A program made the position numbers and the translations under genes. A stretch of DNA of 64,000 nt from Nemertoderma westbladi (lineage: Eukaryota > Animalia > Xenacoelomorpha), in assembly GCA_032718475.1 (NCBI GenBank), contig JAUCBJ010001772.1, forward strand, positions 1 to 64,000, in the 5' to 3' direction. Each line of letters opens with the position of its first letter. Position 1 is the first letter of the stretch. The notes beneath the pieces are model-generated. The model was not told the origin of the DNA. It did no database searches and saw only the letters and a program-made list of their open reading frames with translations. Below, piece by piece: positions 39,001-50,000 of the stretch.

Positions 39001-42000
39001 CATAGAATAAATAAACTTACCTTAGATACAATAAACTTACCATAGAATAAATAAACTTACCTTAGATACAATAAACTTACCATAGAATAAATAAACTTAC
39101 CTGAGATACAATAAACTTACCTTAGATACAATAAACTTACATTAGATACAATAAACTTACCTTAGATACAATAAACTTACCATAGAATAAATAAACTTAC
39201 CTTAGATACAATAAACTTACCATAGAATAAATAAACTTACCTTAGATACAATAAACTTACCTTAGATACAATAAACTTACATTAGATACAATAAACTTAC
39301 CTTAGATACAATAAACTTACCATAGAATAAATAAACTTACCTTAGATACAATAAACTTACCATAGAATAAATAAACTTACCTTAGATACAATAAACTTAC
39401 CTTAGATACAATAAACTTACCTTAGATACAATAAACTTACCTTAGATACAATAAACTTACTTTAGATACAATAAACTTACCCTAGATACAATAAAGTTAC
39501 CTTAGATACAATAAACTTACCTTAGATACAATAAACTTACCCTAGATACAATAAAGTTACCTTAGATACAATAACTTACCTTAGATACAATAAACTTACC
39601 TTATATACAATAAACTTACCTTAGATACAATAAACGTACCTTAGATACAATTAACTTACCTTAGATACAATAAACTTACCCTAGATACAATAAAGTTACC
39701 TTAGATACAATAACTTACCTTAGATACAATAAACTTACCTTGGATACAATAAACTTACCTTTGATACAATAAACTTACCTTAGATACAATAAACTTACCA
39801 CAGAATAAATAAACTTACCACAGAATAAATAAACTTACCTTAGATACAATTAACTTACCTTAGATACAATAAACTTACCATAGAATAAATAAACTTACCT
39901 TAGATACAATAAACTTACCATAGAATAAATAAACTTACTATTAGATACAATAAACTTACCTTAGATACAATAAACTTACCTTAGATACAATTAACTTACC
40001 TTAGATACAATAAACTTACCTTAGATACAATTAACTTACCTTAGATACAATAAACTTACCATAGAATAAATAAACTTACCTTAGATACAATAAACTTACC
40101 ATAGAATAAATAAACTTACTTTTAGATACAATAAACTTACCTTAGATACAATTAACTTACCTTAGATACAATTAACTTACCTTAGATACAATAAACTTAC
40201 CTTAGAGACAATAAACTTACCTTGAGATACAATAAACTTACCTTAGATACAATAAACTTACCATAGAATAAATAAACTTACCTTAGATACAATAAACTTA
40301 CCTTAGATACAATAAACTTACCTTAGATACAATAAACTTACCTTAGATACAATAAACTTACCTTAGAATAAATAAACTTACCTTAGATACAATAAACTTA
40401 CCTTGGATACAATAAACTTACCTTTGATACAATAAACTTACCTTAGATACAATAAACTTACCACAGAATAAATAAACTTACCACAGAATAAATAAACTTA
40501 CCACAGAATAAATAAACTTACCTTAGATACAATAAACTTACCTTAGATACAATTAACTTACTTTAGATACAATAAACTTACCTTAGAGACAATAAACTTA
40601 CCTTGAGATACAATAAACTTACCTTAGATACAATAAACTTACCATAGAATAAATAAACTTACCTTAGATACAATAAACTTACCTTAGATACAATAAACTT
40701 ACCTTAGATACAATAAACTTACCTTAGATACAATAAACTTACCTTAGATACAATAAACTTACCTTAGATACAATAAACTTACCTTAGATACAATAAACTT
40801 ACCTTAGAAACAATAAACGTACCTTAGATACAATAAACTTACCATAGAATAAATAAACTTACCTTAGATACAATAAACTTACCTTAGATACAATAAACTT
40901 ACCTTAGATACAATAAACTTACCATAGAATAAATAAACTTACCTTAGATACAATAAACTTACCATAGAATAAATAAACTTACCTTAGATACAATAAACTT
41001 ACCTTAGATACAATAAACTTACCTTAGATACAATTAACTTACCTTAGATACAATAAACTTACCTTAGATACAATAAACTTACCCTAGATACAATAAAGTT
41101 ACCTTAGATACAATAAACTTACCTTAGATACAATACACTTACCATAGATACAATAAATTACCTTAGATTCAATAAACTTACTTTAGATACAATAACAGCC
41201 ATGGATAGATTCTCAGAGTGAGCGGCTACGTATCCTAGCAACATGACTCCCGGCAACCTTACGTTGCCCTTGGTGTCTCCTATGAAGTCTACGATAGCGG
41301 CCACCCCTCCCGCGTTAACGACTAGTTGGGCCAACTCCGGTGTGTGTTTAGCAATCTCTCGGATGAGCGTAGCGACGTTCTTCTTAACGTAGTCGTCCGG
41401 GTCTCTCAGACAGGTCAGTACGGCCGGGAAGATCTCGGCCTCCACCACCATCTCGGCTAGGTCTACCGAATGTTTGGCGATCTGCGACAGCGCTGAGAAA
41501 ACTTGGCGCTGAAATGGGAGACAGAAATATTAACGGATTAGAGGATATGGAGACTTAATATATTATCAACACATATGAGAGTTTCGGTGGTAAACTATTA
41601 ATTGCAATGAGTAAATTAGGACGTATTTATTAGTTATACTGTAGGTGTATAAAGTTAAAGTTCATAAATAACATAAAGTAATTTTCTTTATTGTTTGTCA
41701 ATTTATTCAGAATGTTAATTAATCAATTTCTCAAGTAAATAATATAGAAAACAAATAGCATTTTTCCTTACGATGCCTCGAAGTATAATTAACTTCGATC
41801 GTTACGCTCGCGTAGCAGAAGCTGCGGGAATATCAGCCATTCTAAGGAAAATAAGTTCCCTTTATTTCACTTCCTTCCATATATTTCTAGGAAAGTCCAA
41901 TAATACTTATTCCTGAATCATCGCTTATAAAATAATATATATTATTAATATTAATATTATAGTACGGAATAATATTATTAAGATACAACGATTAGGCCTA

Positions 42001-44081
42001 CACAGTGAAACATAATTACAAAACGCTTCTCATGAAAAAGTAATTAATTATCTTACATTAAATAAATAATCGATATTTTTTATTCATATTATTAGAATTA
42101 TTATAAGCCAACGTTTATCTTACTTCAATATTACAAATATTTGTGCAGCATCACGCCTTTACTGCGATTAAGTAGATGTACTTAGGACTAAGTTAAGTTA
42201 AATACGAAATCTGGTTAATAATATAAATTAGATTTCGTTTTTCTACTAGTTTGCCAACCTTTAGCTTTTCGTCGTTATTCAATATCATCTGGGCGAGATG
42301 GGCGACCGCGCCCGCGTCCACCACGGTCTGGGCGAGTTCGGGCGAATGTTTCGCTATATCGCTCACGCTGCTCGCTGCGATCCTCTTCAACCCCAACTCC
42401 GGTTCCTGGATACACAACACTAACAGCGGCACGGCGCCGGCGTCCACTACAGCCTGGGCCAGTTCCGCGTTGTGTCTGGAAAGAAATACAAACTCAAATA
42501 AATTTTAACAAATATTGTATTGAAACGTAATTAAATTATAGTGGAGTTATTCAATAACTATTTAATAATATCTGTTAATTAAGATTGCCTTTAAGATTGA
42601 TTACTCCCAAAAATAAAACTGTAACCTGTTCTATTGACTTCAGTTTCTAGTTTTGGATAAAATAACGTGCCACTGTAACCTGCTCCCTTCCTTCCCTATT
42701 GGTATCTAACTTTGAGACGAGAAATGAATTCGCCGAGATGGGATTTGATTGGGGGTTGATGGTAACTTAGAAACACACTACTTACCTAGCGACGTAACCT
42801 AGTAACGGACAACTTACCTAGCACGTAACCTAGTTACAGACAACTTACCTAGCGACGTAACCTAGTTACAGACAACTTATCTAGCGACGTAACCTAGTTA
42901 CAGACAACTTACCTAGCGACGTAACCTAGTAACAGACAACTTACCTAGCGACGTAACCTAGTAACAGACAACTTACCTAGCACGTAACCTAGTTACAGAC
43001 AACTTACCTAGCGACGTAACCTAGTTACAGACAACTTACCTAGCGACGTAACCCAAAGCCCATGCGGCGGACTCCTTAACCGAAGGATCGAATTCTTCCA
43101 GACATATAACCAAGGCGTCCAGAGCCCCGCAGTCCACCACTGATTGGGCCAACTCCGGACTGTGTCGCGCCACCGCGCGGAGAACAAACGCAGCCGCTTT
43201 CTTATAGAATCGCTATGAATCGAAAAAAATGAGTTACTAATAAAATAAAGCAGTACTTTATAGCACGGTAACGGGATATAAACAACAACTTTTTACAACA
43301 GTAATTATGATACTAAGTTGCGAAATTAATTAAATAAATAAAAGTTACAATATAATACGTTAACAAAAAGTAAGTTAAGTTATATAATTACACCGATTTG
43401 CAATATTTAAATCCAAATATAATAGGTATAATAGTTAAAACAAATGACTTACATTTTGTTCGGCCAACGAGTAAACTAATTGAGGTAAAATATCACCCTT
43501 GACTACAGCTTCGGCGAGATCGTCGTTGTGATTGGCTAGACGTCCCAATGCGAGGGCAGCCGTCTGCTGTATGGTTGGCACGATGTCCAATAGGAGAGGC
43601 CGAAGTAATGACATGACCCCGGCATTCTGTAGAGTTTCGATATTCTGGGGTCGGGTCGCCAATTCAGCGACCGTTTGTACGAATGTTGTCCGCGCTTTCT
43701 GGTATTCCTCAAACGCTGCGTGTTGGAAGGAATAGTATATATTGTGTTAGACCTAGGAATTTTAAATGTACTAAATAACTATTAGCATTGGATTAAAATT
43801 GAAAACAGATTAAATATAGAAAATTAGAAATTTGACTGAAACGAAAGAGAACGATTTAAATGGAAGACAGAGAAAAGAGAATAGCTGGAATTACAGTCTT
43901 AGTACGAAATAAATCAATGCTAAATCTACCAAAACAACAACAACTGGTGAACTAAATAATTACCAATCGATTTAATGACACTAATGAGGTCTGTCAGTGT
44001 AGTTAATATGTAATAATTATTACCTTTAATTATTGGTCGATCTTTCTTTTTAAGTTCAAAATCCCCCCTTGGAACTTCCAT
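24089..44081 (-). CDS. SPAG6: Sperm-associated antigen 6 (PF16, armadillo-repeat central-pair axonemal protein); exons 44024-44081, 43453-43715, 43040-43212, 42259-42475, 41182-41508, 35834-36019, 34943-35065, 34631-34776, 24089-24161; 521 aa
   Basis: Spliced translation MEVP..RPIIKAFEEYQKARTTFVQTVAELATRPQNIETLQNAGVMSLLRPLLLD...LAEQN|RFYKKAAAFVLRAV...MAVIVSK|GVQQL...CYPEEIVK|YYTPGYSDELLDRVEHYQPVSAM* is collinear with SPAG6. All introns are GT-AG and phase-compatible; the CDS totals 1566 nt. Confidence 0.96.
24162..24362 (-). repeat. Degenerate ~20-25-bp repeats resembling the SPAG6 terminal-exon acceptor junction
   Basis: Minus-strand TATTTATTTATTTTGGTA(CTAC) about 8 times, against the true acceptor TTTATTTATTAATTAG|GTACTAC. 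Confidence 0.65.
24514..34675 (-). repeat. 60-bp tandem array (~170 copies): last 44 nt of SPAG6 exon 8 plus first 16 nt of intron 8
   Basis: Minus-strand unit T(A/G)CATCACTG(C/A)TATAAATAACTGCTACCC(A/G)GAGGAGATAGTCAA|GTGAGTAGAGTTGTAG. The exonic part encodes YITAINNCYPEEIV and is continuous with the true exon. Confidence 0.97.
35540..35760 (+). mobile_element. Probable tRNA-derived SINE in SPAG6 intron 6
   Basis: GTCGTTAGAGCC...GATTTCGAGTCCCACC has A/B-box-like spacing; diverged. Confidence 0.45.
35796..35888. promoter_or_regulatory. Cluster of three RFX X-box motifs at SPAG6 exon 6/intron 6
   Basis: GTTGCC-A-AGTAAC (35796-35808), GTTGCT-T-AGCGAC (35817-35829) and GTAACC-TA-GGCAAC (35875-35888) fit GTNRCY(N1-2)RGYAAC on one strand or the other. 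Confidence 0.5.
36083..41194 (-). repeat. 20-bp tandem array (~255 copies) of the SPAG6 exon-5 donor junction
   Basis: Minus-strand unit ATTGTATCTAAG|GTAAGTTT, against the true junction ATTGTATCTAAA|GTAAGTTT. A variant unit reads ATTTATTCTATG|GTAAGTTT. Confidence 0.97.
42781..43053 (-). repeat. 32-bp tandem array (8 extra copies) of the SPAG6 exon-3 donor junction
   Basis: Minus-strand unit GGTTACGTCGCTAG|GTAAGTTGTCTGTAACTA. The exonic part encodes GYVAR. Confidence 0.95.
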
Positions 44082-44454
44082 CGTGTGAGAGGAAATTCCT
44101 GGGCTTGAGTTTTAGTAAAATGTTTGTAATTTTTGGATGGAATTGCAATTGACTTTGTATACAAGTACCGTAATGGAATCGGACGCAAACAATATCTGTT
44201 AGTAGGTCAATTAGAATAACCTAAAATACAACACATAACATTTACGTTTATTAAAAAGAAATAGCAAATAAAATCATTAAAGCATTTTTAAACCAAATCA
44301 TGCAGAAGTTAAATATAAAACTACCGTAGCAACAAACTAAACTATATTAAAGGCAAACAGTTAATATCGAAGATTTTAAGTAAAATATTTAAAGCGTCTT
44401 GGTAAATTACTCCTAAAATGTAGACTACAACGGTCGTAGATGTATAGACACGAC

Positions 44455-44540
44455 GTAGGCCCACTTCCGGCCATTGACGTTTTGCAAGCCAAAGGGCAGG
44501 AAGTCTCAACCCGCTGCTGCCGTAGTTAGGCAACCCCATG
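44455..44540 (-). promoter_or_regulatory. Candidate SPAG6 promoter elements (ETS and X-box-like motifs)
   Basis: A GC-richer patch ~400 bp upstream of the ATG contains CACTTCCGG (ETS consensus) and GTAGTTAGGCAAC (partial X-box). Confidence 0.4.
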
Positions 44541-47065
44541 TGATAATTGTTGGAATAAACACACACAAATATAGTATATTAAGAACAAACGAAAATTGGA
44601 AAAAGTAATATTAGACAAAAAGACGGCAGAACAAGCTAACCAACTACAACAGTAATAACAGTCCTGATTCATAAATAGTTGGTCAAACTTAAATTGTTGC
44701 CACAAAAAAAAAGAGTAAAGTTTTCAACGGCGGTTAGGTCAGGGTTTACGCACAAAGTCTGACAACTTATTTGCAGCGCGGTCCCCCCAGAACTATACTC
44801 CCGAGAGGAAACTTCCTTACTCATTTAGCTACTATTTAAGGATGCAAGGCGCCGCCCTGGCTAGTCCCTTTAAATCATTCCTGTCGAATCGACAACTGCC
44901 CTCACATAAGGAGATAGAACCCACGACCTCCGGAGAGATGTAAATTCAATGCAACGGATTTAATCACTACGTTTAATCGGTATTTGCATGTAATTCATTG
45001 GTATTTCAATCAACTGTCTAAATATAAGAAAATTTATCAACTGGTGACATGGCGTCAATGAGCAAATAACCGCCAATTAAAAAACAAAATAAATGCCGCT
45101 ATTTATTAAATTAAAATAAACAATTAATAAAGGCTATCAATAATTTATGTCACCCACATTACCCCGTATTTATATGCAGTATCGAAATGTTGCAACTTGG
45201 GAACAAAGAATGTATATCTTGTATTTAGATAGGTAGTGGCAGCACAGACCGTCGAAACCAAGACAATAAACAACGATTTGATTTACTACTGTATTTTAAG
45301 AAATGAGCATTCAACAGTTTCAGAAGTTGGTTTAAATCTACCTACCCGCAAATATAGTTTAATACGGAGAAACGATAGCCGAATAAACACAGAAAAATAG
45401 TGTTAAATTCCGTTGTAAAACAAAAAAAAGTACCGGTAATATTATAATGTATAAAATGTTGATATAATAAATACAAAAATGTTAGCTATTTTACGGTCCC
45501 CCTAGCTATTATGATTGCTCGCTACTATGTTTTTGTTTTACAAAATTTATCACACTACATTACGTTTACCGATAACATTGCTACTGAGATGCAACCTGCA
45601 AGGAAAATGACAATAATGGCACAGTGATTATTCATACCGTTAGGGAATATCATCAATCACAGCGGTACTTACACTGCAAAACTTGTCTGGAACTCATTCT
45701 GTTTTCACTGCGTGGTAGGAGAATCCAGTGTTATCTTATAGCAGCAATGAGTAAAAAGTATTTGATACAGTAACTTATAAGCAGGGAACCGAAATCACCT
45801 CAGACCAAAACAAATTCGTGATATGCAAAGGCAAACACAGATACCGGTAGCTACAATACTAATTACAGAAAGCTGATTGTTAGAAAATTAATAATGTTGT
45901 TTGTATTTAGTTGCTAGGTAGCACCCTTTTTAAATCTCCCGCGAGATACTCATTGGTCAAACATAGTATCAGGTATTCACGACATCCATGATGTTCCAAT
46001 AAGTAAAGCCCTGCACCCCAGTCATGTCAGGCACCCAAATACCTGAAAGTCAACTATCTGAGGTGCCTCCGGCTGTCCTTGTCTTACATCACAGCATCAC
46101 TAGGCCTCAGTTAGGCAAAACAGCAATATTGTACATTCATAAAGCAATATAAAACCAGTCAATTGGCAATTAATAAGAAATAATAATGCTTTTGAAGTAC
46201 TGCGTTACGAACTGTTATAAAATTAGAAAAGAAACACTTTGTAGAGCCACATTGCAGTATTGATTCCCCAAGCTGCTACGGGTTACAGTTTATAAACTCC
46301 GAACACATTGGCTTTATTATATACACTGCGGTGGCGGTGTGCAGTAGAATAAACGTTGACCCGAAAATTTCGCAAAGGTTCACGATTACGGCAAAGAACG
46401 GTCAAGGCAATCACCGAATGTATCCGATACCGACTCCTCCACCACAACCTCGGGGATCCGAGGGACTAAATCAAATCGGACAATGGAAATTGGTTGTCGA
46501 TGGCAGAATGACCGACATTTAACGTACATCCAGTCGTCGGACTTTATCGAAGGGGGGCGGTTGGTCTTTTAGAGATCTTTTAGATCCTTTAGAGATGACA
46601 AATATCCAAGCCCGATACGAAATGTGTGGGGTACATTTTAAAGCACATGGGCACTGGGATAATGTGAACCCTAACTGTTCTAATTTTGATAAAATTCAAA
46701 CCACTATCTCTGGACTGGACTGAGCTATTGAGATGCAGTTTTTCCTATGGTGGTTCTCCATTGTTTTATAAATACAATGAGAGTGAATTTGAGCACCGGT
46801 GCCCAAAGGCATTCCCACAAAATGTAATTAACAAAAAGTAAATTGTTGAGCACCGGTGCACAATCCGCAGTAACAAGCGGTACTGCAACATATTTATAAT
46901 ATTTAATAAATTCTATTTGGCTATAAATTATTATTAATAAGAATATTAATCACACGATTACTGTATGTGCGACCATCAAAGTTACCGTTAGATAAAGTTA
47001 GAAAGTTCGATCGATTCGTTACCAATTAAAGTTGAAATTATAAATAATGCAATATAAATAAATAA

Positions 47066-50000
47066 CTATGAATTGTTAGACCTTTTAGTGTCTCTATAAC
47101 TGAATACCCTGAGTGTTCCAGACCGATACTCGGTGACTGCAGCGCAATCTCTCGGAGTCAAACACATTCCTTGGGGCCAATGGAAACCCGAGATGGACCG
47201 CAGATGGGTCACCGGCGTGGAAACCAGGACGCCATCTAGCGGCGCGTCGCGTTTATAGATATGAACTTTATCGCCGCACATTTCGGACACGAGGACGTAC
47301 CAGTTGGGATCGGCGACGGCGGAGTACGGGATGTAGACGACGGGTTCCCCGGAAGAGAACGAGTTGTAAACCGAATCGAAGAAGAATAAAAACTCACCCG
47401 AGTCGCTGAACACTTGAACGCGTTTGAACCCGGGGTCCGCTATTATTATCTCGTTTTCGGGGCCGAGTTTTAAACTTCGAAAATTCCCGAATTTACCGAG
47501 TTCTGGACCGAATCCTCCGAAACGCGAGATCTGTTTCCCGCGGATGTCGAAGACGAAAACGGTGTTGGTGGTCCAGTAGCCGACGACTATGCGGCCCGTG
47601 GTGGTGCAGACTACACTCCCGGGACCGCGGATTGTATCCCCGTCGGACTGCGGGACCAGCGCCTTAGTAACGCGACCGTTTCTACGGACGCGGACAACGT
47701 TGGCGACCCCCGAACGGACGACTACGAACTGCTGGTTGTCGCGAGTGGCCGCCACCGACGTCACCGCTCTTCCGGCGTCGTCGTCCGACGGGAGTACCTC
47801 GTGGAGTTTCTCGCCGGTTTCTCCGTAGACCGTCGCTCTGTCGGATTCCTCGCGACAGACAATCATATTACCGGAGGAATCGACAGCGACATCTAGCGGA
47901 TGGCTGCGTATTCCTTCTGGTAGTTGGACTACCATGACTGTACGTTGGGGGGCGGTTAGGGAGCTCCTCCCGGCGCTTACTGAGGATGAGTCACGCCGGG
48001 AGGAGGAGGGGCGTCGTGGGGTTGCTATGGTATCGGGAATGCGGTTGGGGGGCGGCTGAGGAGTTAGTCTCAGAGTTGGTGCGTCTTCATTTGGATCCTA
48101 AAACATAATAATTTATAATTTACTTCACGTATCATCAGCTCCCGTCCCCCGGCCGCATATTACTGTACCAATTGGGGTGTCGTTTCAGCATATTTTTTAC
48201 ATATTAACTTAATTTTGCGAATATTTAATCTCGATATTTATTACCATTAAATATACCATTTAAAGACCTTTTAAAGGAAAGTAGCAGGTCATAATGGCAG
48301 GCTTTTCTAACCAAAATAATAAACTAAATTTAGGAACACAGTTTACAGTAAAATGTCTACTTCTAAGAAATAATTTTTCAATATTAATTTAACATTACCC
48401 CTATGGGAAGGCTGAAACGACATTCCAATTGGAAATTTACCCTCCGGCGATTGTGAGGTATACCAGACTTTGTATTTTATTTTCACTTTGCCCCCAATGT
48501 GAAGAATATCAGGTTTTACTAAAAACCAAGGTTACAGAAGAGCTGAATTTAACCAAAACAATAAACGAGTTAGTATTTCTACAGATAATAAAAAAGAAAC
48601 GAGCGATATAAAACACTTTTAAATAAGGAGAAATTAATAAAAATATAAATTGTTCATTGGGTAGACGAAAAATAGCACCTAAAGCCGGTGCCTCTCTGAT
48701 ACATCACGTGGGAACGTGATTATATAATAATAATAATAACCAGTTATTATTAGAGCGCCCTAAGTCCATGAAGTCGGGTTGGAAGGCGTTAGGAGAGGGG
48801 GAATACAGCTGAATAGTCCTGTTCCTGTTGAATAGTTCTGTTTTAGACCACGCCGGGAGGTATTGAGATCTGTAGCAGTTCTAAGGGATAGCGGTAAGCT
48901 ACTAAAAACGACAGGTGCTGAGTAAGAGAATGAGCGAGCGCCAAAGGATAGTAGGTAGTAACGGGGATTCTTTAAAGTCCATAGAAAAGTGTCACGGGTG
49001 GGATTGTTATTTGGTAAGTCGTGAAGGCATTCAGGTGCATATCCATTTAAAACCTTCCAGGCTTTAGGCTAGAAATGCAAATATTGTATTCTATGCGAAA
49101 GTAGATTGGCAGCCAGTGCAATGCATTCAGAGCGTCTGTAATATTGGCTCGACTTGGCGGTTAATAAATGAGACGAGCACATGAGTTTAGAACCATTTGT
49201 AGGCGGTTGATTTCATTTCCGTACAATAAAGAGTTATTTAGATCGAGTCTAGATATAATTAACGAATTAACTAAACGGATTGTGTTGCTTGAGTTAGATG
49301 GTGTCTGATGTTTCTACGATAGTTTACCGAGGAAACAATCTTAGAAATATGTGTACGTAGGCGAACCTCAATATTATGAAAAATAACACGGAGAGTTTTT
49401 AATGAGGATTTGGCTAAAATTTGTTTTCCTCCAATCGTAACCGAGAAGTGAGAATATAAATTCTAGAACTCCTGTCCCCTACCAATTAACAAAATGTCGG
49501 GCCTATTGTCATTTGCATTATCATTAAAGGCTATCGAGTTCAAGTTTAATTAATTGTATTAATGCAGGTTTGGATGACGATCTAAGAGCGGACACATCTA
49601 ACTCAGTTGAAGCTGAAGCTCAATGATTCTAAAACGGACATTTTATTAATTGGTAGAGGAGATCAGTTTACAGAGTTTGCATCTAGTTTTTCAGTTAATC
49701 TCGGGGGAAAAGTAATCCACGCAGACACGTCTATCAAAACACTCGGAGTGACACTTGATAGCGATCTCAGAATGAATACTCATGTTAACAACATAATTCG
49801 CATACTTAATAAATTATCACCTGAGGAACATAAGGCGCATTCGTAAACACCTTTCCACTGTAAACTCAAAGAAATTAGTAAACGCCCTTATAGCCTCACG
49901 TCTAGATGCGAACAACTGTTTATTATATGGTATTACTGAGGATAAACTTGATAGGCTTCAAGTGGTTCAAAATGCTTGCGCCAGGCTAATCTTTAACCTG

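Noticed and set aside
36020-41181. Intron gain by tandem duplication of an AG|GT proto-splice site
   Set aside because: The intron has its own non-repetitive 3' end and acceptor, and the repeat unit includes intronic bases, so this is expansion of an existing intron rather than a new one.
24514-41194. CRISPR-like appearance of the long regular arrays
   Set aside because: There are no unique spacers and no cas genes, the context is eukaryotic, and the units derive from SPAG6 junctions.
46331-46650. GC-richer patch with a short ORF between SPAG6 and the NHL gene
   Set aside because: I found no recognisable motif or consistent splice sites. It may be a transposon remnant, but I cannot support a call.
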